From: Andalucia godoyi And28
Lineage: Eukaryota > Protista > Jakobida
NCBI GenBank assembly: GCA_009859145.1
Contig: VRVR01000045.1
Span: forward strand, 96,049-160,048
Length of the DNA stretch: 64,000 bases
Direction: 5' to 3'
The stretch's first letter is position 1. Each line of letters opens with the position of its first letter. The notes under the pieces are model-generated. The model did no database searches, was not told where the DNA came from, and saw nothing but the letters and a program-made list of their open reading frames with translations. Below, in pieces: positions 11,001-21,067 of this stretch. The position numbers were made by a program, and so were the translations under genes.

Positions 11001-13770
11001 GCGTTTTTGAAAAACCCAAGGCATCTGCTGATCCGCGGCAAACAAGGCCAGACCGGAAGCTGACGTAAACAGCCTCGCCGCCAAAAGAAAAATAGGGAGA
11101 CGAATGGTCTGACTGCGCAACAATGATTCCAGAAGCAATCGAAGGGATGTCCACAGGGTTTGCAGGGATGCATGGAAGAAGGACAACTATAATAGGAACG
11201 GACGAGGAAGGACGATCATGGCAATATTCGCACATCACAGCCATGTAATGCGCTTCTGCACACGGCTCGTCGCATTGGATAATCGACATTCCAAATCCTG
11301 CGCGAGCATCTCCAACATACGTGCCCTCAAAAATCACTTCCGTCCACCCCTGTGACCATGCGGCAAGTGATTGTTGAAGATTGTGAAAAGCTTCTGTAAA
11401 GCAGTTCATGGAGGAAACCTTTGCATTTGAAGCCACCATTGCAGAAACCACGGTGTGTTGCGGGACTTCGAAAGCATTTAACTTCAACGAGCACACACCC
11501 TGTCGCTTATCAGACCACCAAGATCCCTTGATGGTAATTCCACGCCTTGCTGCATCACCAGCATCGTTGGGTCCCGCAACAGGATAGTGGTACTTCTCTG
11601 TTCCAGCACCATGGCGTGCCATCCCACGGAAACCACCCTCATACGTTCTTCGAGTCTTTGGAGCCACAGCAACAACGGATTCTCCAGGAACGACCCAGTC
11701 AACATCCACACTTTCGATTGCCAGTTCATCTTCTTCTTGAATAGACTCTGCAAAAATAGGAGACAAGAACCGTGCAATACCCAGACGGCATTGCATCAAC
11801 AACTTGGGGATTCTGCCTTCTAAAACACGGACCAAGCGTGCCTTTCCGACGGGTACTCCTCGGACCCAACGGCCCTCATACCGATCTCCTCTCTTATTCG
11901 TGAGCATTCCCGACCCCTCGCGCACATTTCCGGAAAATGACCCTCGGAATTCACCGTCATACTCTTCCTCATCGCCATTCTGGCCATGAGTGCTGACAAC
12001 ATTGTCTTTGCTGCTCGACACTGCATGCTTGTTAGCAGAAGAAGAAGAAGAAGAAGAAGAAGAAGAAAATGATGATGATGATGACAGTTGGGACGAAGAT
12101 TCAGTCGTAGGCAGTGATGTGAGAGAAACGCCAGCATCAAATGCAGAAACCAGCTTCTCCACTCCCGAAAAATATCTTTCTCCTTGAACCCACGTCCCAG
12201 AATAACTTGATCCGTCACTGTACACCATCGTTCCTTGTCCGTGAGGCTTATCCCCTGCCCAGTCTCCCTCATACTTTCGCTTTCGCTTCTCCGTAGACTT
12301 GCCAGAAATCGTGGAATCTGAATGCAAGATGAAAGACATCGTGCCTCGACCATGTCGAATGTCGTCTCGCCACTCCCCTTCATACACACTACCATCTGCC
12401 CATTCCATCCTTCCTTGCCCATGTCTCCGGTTTGCGCTAAACTGTCCGACGTACAAGCCCCCTGACGATACGGTACTCGAGACGTCTTCTCCTTCATTCA
12501 ACGGCCGTGATACACCATATCTCAGCGTACCTTTGCCCTGCCGCAAGTTGCTGCGAAACTCTCCTTCGAAAACATCGCCCGTTCGTGCTGAAAAGTAAAT
12601 GCCGACACCATGCATTTGGTCTTCAAACCACTCGCCATCGTATCTGTCCGTCGAAATACCGTCTGTCAGCTTGCGAATTGGGAGGTCTTCGACAGAATTA
12701 ACAAGTGGTGACGAAGACCCGACGTTGTTGTTGTTTCTTCTTCCGTCAAGTTGCGCATCATCTGAAAACCAGTATTTTGCGAAGCGAGTCTCTAGCTGTT
12801 GGGCATTCAGCGAAGTCCACAGCAATACACTCTCCGGCTTCTTCGCAGGAAACTGTACTTGTGTATTTTCTTCAAATTCCAAAACGGAAGGAGTTGAGCG
12901 AGATGTGAACCAGCATATTCCCTTGCCATGTTTTCGTCCGTTTTTCCAATCTCCAATGAACATGCATCCATCTTCTGCATACCGATACAGCCCGAGGCCT
13001 TCTCGAGTATCATTTTTCCAGCCCCCAACGTACACATCACCGCAGGCATACTCTGCTCGGGCCACTCCGTTAATCGAAGAGTGCTTCCATTGTCCACAAA
13101 CGAGAGTCGAGCCAATGGCAGAGGAATGCTGGAAAGACACGGAGGCATGATTTCTGTTCATAAAAGAAATTAGCTTATCGTGTGCAGCGGATTCATCATG
13201 TGACGTAGAGCCGAGTGCACTGTACATGGCAGAAAGAAAGGGCTCCAAAGGAAGCATCATAATCCACGAAGCCACCGGACGCCGATCGTGCCGTTCGTCA
13301 GCTTTCCAGAACCCACCATAAAACGAACCGTCGGGAAGGACCTCCACTCCTTGGCCGTGCTTTTGATCATTGCACCACTCTCCGGCATACGAAAGAGTCG
13401 TTTTTGGAACAGGATCGCGAGTAAGGGAGTATATTTGCTGCTGTGTGAATACTCCTCGCCCATGCTTCTTGTCATCGACCCAGTTGCCTTCATACAACAC
13501 ACGAAGATGGACTGCTGAACCGTGCCTTGTGTTTGCAACGGCATCTTTCGGTTGAGACGGATCCAGCAGTCGGGATAAGGCATACGTTCCGTGTCCGTTC
13601 CGCAAGTCTCGAGCCCAAAAGCCGTCATACACAGACTTGTCCAGCGCAAATACATGGCGACCATTGCCCCATCTCATACCGCGAACAAATTCTCCTTTAT
13701 ACACATCTCCAGAAGGATATGTTTTAGACCCCTTTCCATGCTCTGACCCGTCGTCTTGGAAATCAGACAT
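8083..13770 (-). CDS. Large MORN-repeat protein (1895 aa)
   Basis: Dozens of YxGxW/F...xxHGxG repeats in several clusters. ATG at 13770. The frame ends abruptly at YEGEFS*. Confidence 0.9.
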   Translation of the reverse strand: MSDFQDDGSEHGKGSKTYPSGDVYKGEFVRGMRWGNGRHVFALDKSVYDGFWARDLRNGHGTYALSRLLDPSQPKDAVANTRHGSAVHLRVLYEGNWVDDKKHGRGVFTQQQIYSLTRDPVPKTTLSYAGEWCNDQKHGQGVEVLPDGSFYGGFWKADERHDRRPVASWIMMLPLEPFLSAMYSALGSTSHDESAAHDKLISFMNRNHASVSFQHSSAIGSTLVCGQWKHSSINGVARAEYACGDVYVGGWKNDTREGLGLYRYAEDGCMFIGDWKNGRKHGKGICWFTSRSTPSVLEFEENTQVQFPAKKPESVLLWTSLNAQQLETRFAKYWFSDDAQLDGRRNNNNVGSSSPLVNSVEDLPIRKLTDGISTDRYDGEWFEDQMHGVGIYFSARTGDVFEGEFRSNLRQGKGTLRYGVSRPLNEGEDVSSTVSSGGLYVGQFSANRRHGQGRMEWADGSVYEGEWRDDIRHGRGTMSFILHSDSTISGKSTEKRKRKYEGDWAGDKPHGQGTMVYSDGSSYSGTWVQGERYFSGVEKLVSAFDAGVSLTSLPTTESSSQLSSSSSFSSSSSSSSSSANKHAVSSSKDNVVSTHGQNGDEEEYDGEFRGSFSGNVREGSGMLTNKRGDRYEGRWVRGVPVGKARLVRVLEGRIPKLLMQCRLGIARFLSPIFAESIQEEDELAIESVDVDWVVPGESVVAVAPKTRRTYEGGFRGMARHGAGTEKYHYPVAGPNDAGDAARRGITIKGSWWSDKRQGVCSLKLNAFEVPQHTVVSAMVASNAKVSSMNCFTEAFHNLQQSLAAWSQGWTEVIFEGTYVGDARAGFGMSIIQCDEPCAEAHYMAVMCEYCHDRPSSSVPIIVVLLPCIPANPVDIPSIASGIIVAQSDHSSPYFSFGGEAVYVSFRSGLVCRGSADALGFSKTQVEVNTAVDVNVTRSQIASCMKLQRVDGIFGTKLQVDETNSKLSSFGWISLSSWVFKGECERNLPSGFGILRLDSQYYEGSWYNGCPHGRGICRQSLAAVYSPTVVDILLYFSNRDAHQPNVSFWEEIRGAFDSGLPDGLCKTRYYCQPETQSLASVSDQCLVSIYEGTYARGVRSGKGKISFIERGHSYEGGFDNQYMHGQGMLSFSAHYLEVKAPSASGEFPPEFSASTLWNHSDERGGGSYQGEFSKGEMNGKGVRKYANGDVYQGDFSAGARYGLGRISLSAAVSFVGPWVNDLPSGEGELIDDVGNVYRGAFLFGRKHGHGVLQYASGALYDGPFVADVREGSGAVYTDPLGNVYRGDFSGDMMCGYGRIFYISPAGSEYEGQFRDGVAWGRGEYRQPVPGETGPPKQLVYTGSFERGKGNGHGRLCVPGVGTYDGEFKEGFRWGKGVFSYETGDVYEGEFVRDQMTCPKASIRYATQDTYVGSVVDGLKSGIGKQVIVATSLEGVTSATGSSAGAPDIIEYDGGFLEDEREGNGVMVFQRSGITVSGKWSGGVPQTPLVVEWPGSIPRTSLLSAQFMSSASLEDGTQPDISLHVRLASNSSFTLGSASVAGQLHRTFVLEWDCDDSSFGGISASFCGRMRNGLIDGHGELRCLHAAYKGEFKECLRHGQGTTTYSRSSSFGRSGHVSVTVGTAPRAIDSILLHAGYYREDKYHGPGTVQWSDGSSYNGEFFTGLRHGSGTMSFSSSAAAADATVILKQYSGEWISDVPTQGRLSFAVALEQPSPASPGSSRHDSLAPMAPPQPLMLDVVWDGPVDDAFRPHGSGLWWSSKIVYYGPMIAGERQGEGWLWDATKGECFTGSFLKNLYNGHGTLKVGRWPRSPFLERLYQLGVRIPGHNNESLRELIGHEDAQVDSVYEGTFVDGQRDGNGRQTYASGDVFEGRFAHGKRKWGRMRYANGQIYEGEFS

Positions 13771-14360
13771 ATTTCCAAGGATTCAATGAGAGTCTTTGTC
13801 GTCCTTTCTTCTATGTTGTGTGTTCTGTGTTGCCGGAGAAAAATAATGTTTTTTTTTCTTTTTTCTCGTTATGAGGACGTTTGTCTGGAACAGCGGAAAG
13901 ACAGACGGATGACAAGCCGATGGCGGCGCATGGCAGCTTGGACAGTGAACTCGTGGGGGGAGGGAGACCAACGCTCGGGACGAAAAGGCTGCTGGCACCC
14001 TACAGCCGTTGAAATCGCAACAATGAACCTGGGAGAATAGTGTGTGTCATTGGGAGGGGTTTATTCTCGTTAGGACGACGTACAGCACGATACAAACAGC
14101 GAGATCCAAAGAGGTGCTTGCATGGAAGTGAGACACGAGAGACACTCCGACAAACCAAATTCTTGAGGTACTGCACATCTGTTCGGTCCGTTGTTGAGAG
14201 AGTTGAAACTCTGGACTTTTGGGAGTCTGGAATGTTTTGACCTGTGACGACCGAAAATGAAATGTCCGCTTCTTGCTGTGTAGATGGCGGGGCTCAGCTT
14301 CAATGAACCCAGAAACAACAATGACACTTAAAAAAAAGGACAAAAAAAAGATGTACAGAA

Positions 14361-15089
14361 TCACGATTTCTTTCCAAAGAACGAGGAAATTGACCTCGTG
14401 CCTGCTGGTGGACCCTGGGAAGCGGCCTTCTTCGTCTGTCCCGACTTGCCCTTTTTATCGACTTGCCTTGGCGGTTCACTCGCTGTTCTGCCCTCCAGCA
14501 CATCGCCAATGACAGTAACTTCACTCTTGTTGTAAGCAGGACCAAGACAAGCCTTTTTGGCGTTTGCAGCGACGGACAGCCACGTGTCCAAGTATTTCCC
14601 ACGAAGCCTTGTTGCGACAAGGTCTCGAATGACTGCCGTTTGATCGCACGCTTTCCATTTTCTTTCGAAATACTGCTGTACCCTTTGTTCGTCAACCTTG
14701 AGAACCGTCATGGATCCAAACTGTTTTGTAGCACAAATGTCGTCGATCCTGTCCATAAACTGCGGATAAACCGACGAAATTTCCTGCAGCAAAGGATGTG
14801 ATTCCAGCGGTTCAAAGACGTCTCGCTGCACAACCTCGGAGAAGTATGCCAGACACAGGAAAACAGGATCGAATTGCGACAAGACGGCCACGGAGGCTGT
14901 GGGAAGGACTGCATCTGTCGAGCACAACACAGACATGAACGGCGCGTTTGGATGAGCGACTTTCTCCAACAGGAACAACGATCCCGCCGAGGCAACAAAC
15001 GTCTGCCCGGGGAAAATGCTCGTACAGAACATCTTGTTCACAGCCGCAACATCAAAATGCCCATCGCAGATAATCAACTCTTCCTCCAT
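14361..15089 (-). CDS. RNASEH2B: Ribonuclease H2 subunit B
   Basis: FDPVFL motif, about 240 aa, C-terminal PIP-box-like SISSFFGKK. Confidence 0.7.
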   Translation of the reverse strand: MEEELIICDGHFDVAAVNKMFCTSIFPGQTFVASAGSLFLLEKVAHPNAPFMSVLCSTDAVLPTASVAVLSQFDPVFLCLAYFSEVVQRDVFEPLESHPLLQEISSVYPQFMDRIDDICATKQFGSMTVLKVDEQRVQQYFERKWKACDQTAVIRDLVATRLRGKYLDTWLSVAANAKKACLGPAYNKSEVTVIGDVLEGRTASEPPRQVDKKGKSGQTKKAASQGPPAGTRSISSFFGKKS

Positions 15090-15209
15090 TCTTTTTGCGC
15101 TTCAGACGCGGAGTAATGCGCGGCGGGGGGGGGGGTCGTGTAGAAAACGCGATGCAACAAACGAAAACAACAGAAATGAAAAAAAAGAACAGCGTCGATC
15201 ACCAGGCGT

Positions 15210-15220
15210 TTTCGCGCCAA
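15210..15220. promoter_or_regulatory. E2F-like site TTTCGCGCCAA in the divergent promoter upstream of RNASEH2B
   Basis: Matches the TTTSSCGC E2F consensus about 120 bp upstream of a replication-associated gene; function is inferred. Confidence 0.35.
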
Positions 15221-15497
15221 TTTTTTCCCTTCCGCAAGTTCTGCCGGACTTCCTGTGGCTTTTTAAAATATGCACAGTACAGGCGGTGGAGACAGGGGGT
15301 GGGCAGCTAGCAGCATTTCACTTGAACGTGTCCTTGCGGCGGCACGTGAAGCAGCAGCAGGCCTACTCTCTGCACTCCCTTGCAACCCGGAAACTCGGTG
15401 CCGCAGACGCCTCGGTCTTTTCCACGCCCCGCCTGCCCCATCGACACGAAGACTTTCTCGCACCCGGCTCTTTTCCGTTTTCCACAGCGCGCTAATC

Positions 15498-16802
15498 ATG
15501 CTTCCGGCAAATGTGGACTTCGGGGCCAATCTGCCGGTGTTCTTTCGTCCAGTACAGATCCCACGGATCATCTGCGTCGTCTCCGTTTTATTACTGGGAC
15601 TGCTCCAAATCCTGTACTGGTTTTTCGGCGCGAACCAGGAGAGCCAGTTTCCACTGGTTTCGACGACTGGACAGCTGTATCCGGCGTCTGCAATATTCCA
15701 AATAGCGTCCGCAGTGATTGCGTTTCTGTACACGTTGCAGGTGTGGATACTGTACGGTATCTTTGGCTACCTGCTTCGAAATCGACAGTCCATATGCCTT
15801 GCGGAGGCCGGTGTTGGTTCGAGGAAGTTGATGGAATTTTGGATTGACGTCCACGACCACTTCGAAAGGTTCCAGCATCTCAACACCGCTCAGCTGGGAG
15901 CTGGGTGGTTTTCGTGTTTCTGCGCAGTCTGTTTGGCCACCTTGTCGTTGGAATTTGATTCTACAATGCATGGATTAACAGCTGTTGCGTTTTTCTTTGG
16001 ATTCTTGTTGCACTCCGTACTCGTCATCTTGCTCATATTCGCCTGTTTTGAAAGAGTCTCGCACGACAGACTCATCGTGGGATCGAATCCCACATATACT
16101 GTTGTCAAGAGGAAAGCCGCTCGGCACAGGGATCGAAGCAATAATGCTTCAGGATCACATTCTGCGGAGGAACCCGACCTTGAGGATTCGGCGGACGCAA
16201 ATCGGTCCATCCACAAGCGTGACGTACTGTTCCCAACCTTTCCACCCTACCATAGTGAGGACGCGGAGCACGTGCGCCGAAATGGAAAGTATCAGGCTGT
16301 CGTGTTACTTGTGATGTTTCTTTCTGTTCTGACGTACGTCGTGGTTTTGCCAGCATTGCAGCCCGCGGATTGTCCTGGAAGAAAACCCGAGGACTGCCCG
16401 GTTCTTCACAACGTCCGATCTGCTACCGAGTACCTCAGTCTCATCGCGTTTGTGGTGCTGATTGCGTCGTACAATCGAATCCTGACCCCGTGGTCATTGA
16501 CAGTAGTCTCGTCGCACTGGGTGGAGGAGCAAGTCCACGTGAAATCGCAAAGACTGTTTGTCTCGAATCGGCTGTCGCACATTCTTGCGGACGCGAACTC
16601 TCTGCATCACCCGCAGTTGTCGTTAATTCAGAGGAAACCGAGCTATTCCACATTTCGCCCGTTTTCCACGTTTGTGGGGCCATCTCTTGATCGTGGTGGC
16701 TCGACTTCTTCCGGAACCAGTCGTCACCTCACGACTTCGTCAAGATCGCATTCTCTCGATTTGGGAAGCCAGGTACATCGCATTCTGCCGAGGGGTCACT
16801 GA
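15498..16802 (+). CDS. Frag1/DRAM/Sfk1-family multi-pass membrane protein
   Basis: First ATG at 15498. FPLVSTTGQLYPASAIFQ and MHGLTAVAFF resemble the family; about 6 TM segments and a Ser-rich tail. Confidence 0.7.
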   Translation: MLPANVDFGANLPVFFRPVQIPRIICVVSVLLLGLLQILYWFFGANQESQFPLVSTTGQLYPASAIFQIASAVIAFLYTLQVWILYGIFGYLLRNRQSICLAEAGVGSRKLMEFWIDVHDHFERFQHLNTAQLGAGWFSCFCAVCLATLSLEFDSTMHGLTAVAFFFGFLLHSVLVILLIFACFERVSHDRLIVGSNPTYTVVKRKAARHRDRSNNASGSHSAEEPDLEDSADANRSIHKRDVLFPTFPPYHSEDAEHVRRNGKYQAVVLLVMFLSVLTYVVVLPALQPADCPGRKPEDCPVLHNVRSATEYLSLIAFVVLIASYNRILTPWSLTVVSSHWVEEQVHVKSQRLFVSNRLSHILADANSLHHPQLSLIQRKPSYSTFRPFSTFVGPSLDRGGSTSSGTSRHLTTSSRSHSLDLGSQVHRILPRGH

Positions 16803-16977
16803 CACAAGGTAAGTCCTTTTTTCATTTTACTCCAAAAACCAAAATACAATTGCAATGATGCAAATGATAACAAACAACAAAACACAAACATAAAGCAAAA
16901 AACAACAAAAAAACAACAAAACAAAACAACCACAAAAAAGAAGACTGCTGATGGAGGTCAAAGGACAGGAATGTTCA

Positions 16978-19900
16978 TTAGGATGCGGTTCTTCTCGTCG
17001 AAGGGCCAGATCGACCGTTGTTGAAAGAATCTTGAACGGCTGGAGAGCGAGGGCTCGTGCTCAGAATGGCGGACCCCGACACCGGTCCGCCGAAGGAAAA
17101 CTTAGGAGCTGTATCCAACGACAACCCTCCATCTGACTTTGTAGCCTTCATCAACAAAATGCACCTCTGGAATCCCTGGCGTGAGGCGTCGTCAATGGGG
17201 GTGCTGCCCCAGCGATCCCGACTGTTAGGATCTGCTCCCGCATGCATCAATATCCGAACAATTTCCAAATGCCCTGAGCTTGCTGCTAGGTGGAGTGCGG
17301 TCCTGCCATCGTAATCGCCCATGTTGATGTCCACCTTCCTCGCAAGCAAGCGCCGAACTTCTGACACATCGTCCTTCGCAGCGGCCGTGCAGACAGCGTA
17401 GATGTCGCGATGCAGGGAAGTCAATCTCCACAAACACGGATTCTTCTTGAGAGTGAACCCCTGTGTGTTTGATTCAAATGGATGGAAAGCATACATGTCC
17501 GCCAAGCGACGCGCAAAATCAATGCCACGGACGGAAATACGCGACGCGTTCAACGGAGGACTGTACAGCGCAATTCCCATGACGCCCGGCACAATCAGCA
17601 TCACGGAGCCCGATGCACCCGCAACAGCCGGAAGCCCCACCAAAAACGCCCACTCGCCGGAATAATCGTACATTCCACAAGAACTCATAATAGACAAGCA
17701 TGACCGGACCGTGGATGACGAAAAGATCCGCTCGCCCGTCAGTGGACATACACCGCCGGACGCCAATGTCGCCGCAATCAAAGACATACTTGCGCAGTTC
17801 CACTCGAGAGAGCACATCATCAAATAAAACTGCAAAACTTCCTCCAAATTCGTACCCTTTGGGAGTGCATTCTTTTCTCGCATGTGATATGTCAAACAGC
17901 GATTGCGGTCGGAATTTTGTTCCTCACTGAGAAACACAGCCAAATTGAAACCGACAAGATCATGGTCATCGCCGGAGTCTGGATTTCCAACCGCGCGGCG
18001 GTACAGTTTCATCATGTAGTCGTAGCGATCCGGCAAGGCGTCATCTGGACAGACAAGCGACAGTGCGGCCATCGCTCCGGCATTTGTAAACGGGTTGTGA
18101 GGTAGGTCCCGGTGATTCAAGAGAAGATGGTTCCCCACAGAACCCGACGGCTCGCGACCCATTCGTGAATGCACAACCTTTTCACCGCGCTGTTCCAGAG
18201 CAGCGCAGTACGACAGCGCATTCGAACAATGCTGGGCAGTAAAAGGAGCCAGCGCAGATCCAAAGTATGCTCGCTGGCCATCAACAGTGCACACCGCACA
18301 CCCAAACAAATCAGAAGGCACCGCAGCAAGTTCAGGAATGTAAGAAGCATTCGCCGCATCACCAATCGACACCTCCGATGATTCGCAGAATACAGAAGCT
18401 AAATCTTCAGAAAGAGAGGGGAAATCGGGCACCATTAAAGACCCATCCAATGTTCTGCGAACTAAGCTGGCCGTCGAGGGAGAACACGCTCCCATGGCTT
18501 TGTAAAAATCCGATTCCGTAAATGACTCTGGCAACGAAAACTTGCCACGCAGCCGAGGATCTCTGTCGACATCAATTCCGCTTACAGTGAACCGCTCACA
18601 AACTTTCTTAAAACTTCCATGGCCACTTTTGTCGGTTTCAAACGACGAAAACAACAAATCGAGGCCCATGCTCACCGCTTGATCATCTTCGTCATCGGGG
18701 TCCTGGTCAACAGCTGATTCGTGTGCAGTGTCATCATGGTTCTCGGCGCTCTCAAGAGAAGGACCGTTGTTGGGACACGCTGCTACTCCCTGCGATGCAA
18801 TCATTGGTGATTCGTTATTCTTTGGGTTCTCCAGGATCGACTGTTGTGCTTCTGCTTTTTTCAGAAGATCTGCGATCACTAGGTGTCCATGCCGCTCTGC
18901 GTCATTGCGCGGTGTGTTTTGGAAACGGTCGCGAGGTGACAGAGACACGCCTTTGTCAATCAGATACTCCGCAATTGATCGATGTCCGTTGGAAGCAGCG
19001 AGATGCAGCGCAGTCCTCCCGTCATAGTCTTCGTACTCCAACGAGCATCCTCGAGCAGCGAGCTGTTTCACGCGATGCAGATCCCCAACTGCAGCAGCAA
19101 ACAGCAGGTTCACCAAATCATCCTCAACGGACGCAGACTGCGCGAGTCTGGGATTAATCTTCTCAACCGACTGATCGCCACTGTTGTCAAACGTATGGAA
19201 CTGATACCGCTGTGACATCAGTCGACAGAATTCCACACCACGAACAGAGTTTCCAAATTGGTCCAGCCGCGGCGACCATACGCAAAATCCGGCAACATTC
19301 GGAACGACAACCATGAGAGAACCGGCAACACCTGATTTCGATGGGAGTCCGACTGAAAACGCAAACTCTCCCGAGTAGTCGTACATCCCACAAGAGGTCA
19401 TGAGGGACATTGCATCACGAACCGTGGACGACGAGAAAACACAGCGTCCCGTGACCGGACAAACACCTCCGTTTGCAAGAGTGGCGGCTACCAGCGACAT
19501 TTGCTCCGCCGTTGTTTCGATAGAGCACATCATGAAGTACATGTTCAGCGTCTCCACGAGATTTGTGCCAGCGGGAAATTTCCCGGCTTCTTTCATCATA
19601 TACCCCAACGTGAAATTCCGATCTGCGGTCGATGCCTCGCTGAGATACGTCGCATTATCAAAGCCGATACGGGAGTCTCCGGCTAGGCAGCTCCAAGTGG
19701 AAAGCACATGGGTGATGCGATCCGGCAATCTGCTTTGGTTGCGAATGAGCGACGTTGTCATAATCGCACCTGAATTGATGTACGGATTGTGCGGCAGATT
19801 GTCCTTGTTCAGCACCAGCTCATTGAAGTTTCGACCAGATGGTTCTCGACCAACGTACTTGTGAACCTCGGATTGCCCCAGCTCTTCCAGCGCGATGCAG

Positions 19901-20742
19901 TATGAAATTACTTTGGAACACGATTGTGCGCAAAACGGAACTCGTGCATCGCCATGGCTGAAGCGCTGGCCGTCAATCGAGCACACGGCGAGACCCATTT
20001 GGTCGGGATTCACGCGCGCCAGCTGGGGAATGTACCGCGCCACGTCCCCTTCATTGCGAGCGGCGACCTTCTCGAATATTGAGACCAGCTCGTCACAGAA
20101 CGACGACCACTCTGGAATCGCCAGGTTGCGATTCATTGCACGCTCAATCAAGAACGACCGGTTCAGCAGAGCCACAAACTCTTCAAGCTGCAGCGGCGCC
20201 GAAAGATTTCCAGCATACTGCGCAAATATGCCAGAAATTCGCGAGTCTCGAAAAGCATCGATTCCCATCTCGGCCAGCAGCTCCACGACGTGTCGAACGA
20301 GAACTTTTGGCTCTGAAACCGGGATGAAATTCGCGGAAGACAATAGAGACAGACTCGACAGCGACGCCGAATGAATCATTCTCCCTTCAGAATGATGTTC
20401 AGATCCAGAATCCCTTCTACTAGTGTCCTCCAGGCCACCGACGGATGCACCGGAAGCAGCCGTAGTCGTCGAAGCATCCGCGTGCGATGACGCGATGCTT
20501 TCATACAACGCCTCCATTTGCGCCAAGTGGAATGCAGCCAAATCCGCGCTTTTATCGATTCGGGACGAAATGGAGTGCGAGCGCGATCGGGTCGAGCTTG
20601 TTGTGACATCTCGAAGAAACGGACTCGCGGAATGTGGAGCACTCGGGACGTGGGAGGGCGGAACTGGCGGCGAGTCTCGAGACTCCGCAAGGCCCATTCC
20701 TTTTACACCATGGTCGACAGACTCTTTTCTCTTTCCAGTCAT
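16978..20742 (-). CDS. GLS: Tandem double kidney-type glutaminase: (EF-hand-like + glutaminase + ankyrin) x2
   Basis: First in-frame ATG at 20742. Copy 1 has QSCSK, GREPSG, PHNPYINSGA, GMYDYSG, KSGVAG and ankyrin DYDGRTALH. Copy 2 repeats the whole layout with QHCSN. Confidence 0.9.
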   Translation of the reverse strand: MTGKRKESVDHGVKGMGLAESRDSPPVPPSHVPSAPHSASPFLRDVTTSSTRSRSHSISSRIDKSADLAAFHLAQMEALYESIASSHADASTTTAASGASVGGLEDTSRRDSGSEHHSEGRMIHSASLSSLSLLSSANFIPVSEPKVLVRHVVELLAEMGIDAFRDSRISGIFAQYAGNLSAPLQLEEFVALLNRSFLIERAMNRNLAIPEWSSFCDELVSIFEKVAARNEGDVARYIPQLARVNPDQMGLAVCSIDGQRFSHGDARVPFCAQSCSKVISYCIALEELGQSEVHKYVGREPSGRNFNELVLNKDNLPHNPYINSGAIMTTSLIRNQSRLPDRITHVLSTWSCLAGDSRIGFDNATYLSEASTADRNFTLGYMMKEAGKFPAGTNLVETLNMYFMMCSIETTAEQMSLVAATLANGGVCPVTGRCVFSSSTVRDAMSLMTSCGMYDYSGEFAFSVGLPSKSGVAGSLMVVVPNVAGFCVWSPRLDQFGNSVRGVEFCRLMSQRYQFHTFDNSGDQSVEKINPRLAQSASVEDDLVNLLFAAAVGDLHRVKQLAARGCSLEYEDYDGRTALHLAASNGHRSIAEYLIDKGVSLSPRDRFQNTPRNDAERHGHLVIADLLKKAEAQQSILENPKNNESPMIASQGVAACPNNGPSLESAENHDDTAHESAVDQDPDDEDDQAVSMGLDLLFSSFETDKSGHGSFKKVCERFTVSGIDVDRDPRLRGKFSLPESFTESDFYKAMGACSPSTASLVRRTLDGSLMVPDFPSLSEDLASVFCESSEVSIGDAANASYIPELAAVPSDLFGCAVCTVDGQRAYFGSALAPFTAQHCSNALSYCAALEQRGEKVVHSRMGREPSGSVGNHLLLNHRDLPHNPFTNAGAMAALSLVCPDDALPDRYDYMMKLYRRAVGNPDSGDDHDLVGFNLAVFLSEEQNSDRNRCLTYHMREKNALPKGTNLEEVLQFYLMMCSLEWNCASMSLIAATLASGGVCPLTGERIFSSSTVRSCLSIMSSCGMYDYSGEWAFLVGLPAVAGASGSVMLIVPGVMGIALYSPPLNASRISVRGIDFARRLADMYAFHPFESNTQGFTLKKNPCLWRLTSLHRDIYAVCTAAAKDDVSEVRRLLARKVDINMGDYDGRTALHLAASSGHLEIVRILMHAGADPNSRDRWGSTPIDDASRQGFQRCILLMKATKSDGGLSLDTAPKFSFGGPVSGSAILSTSPRSPAVQDSFNNGRSGPSTRRTAS

Positions 20743-20966
20743 TGTCGGAAATGCTGAGAACGCAAAAAAATATAATATTACTAATAATAAAAATATAATC
20801 CCAGAGTGAAGACCTGCCTGCAGAACAAACCAAATGAAACCCTCCAAATCCCAAATGTCTGCTGGATGGGTGTGAATATCATCAGATGGTATGGCTGAGT
20901 TGACAGCCGTCGACAATGCTGTTGAATGAAGGCCGACGTTTCCCTCCCTGCAGATTGCTACTACCG

Positions 20967-21000
20967 GTTGCTGTCGTTGTTGTTGTTGTTGTTGCTGTCG

Positions 21001-21066
<66 letters not shown>
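20967..21066. repeat. (GTT/CAA)n microsatellite
   Basis: About 30 interrupted triplets upstream of the glutaminase ATG. Confidence 0.9.
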
Positions 21067-21067
<1 letters not shown>

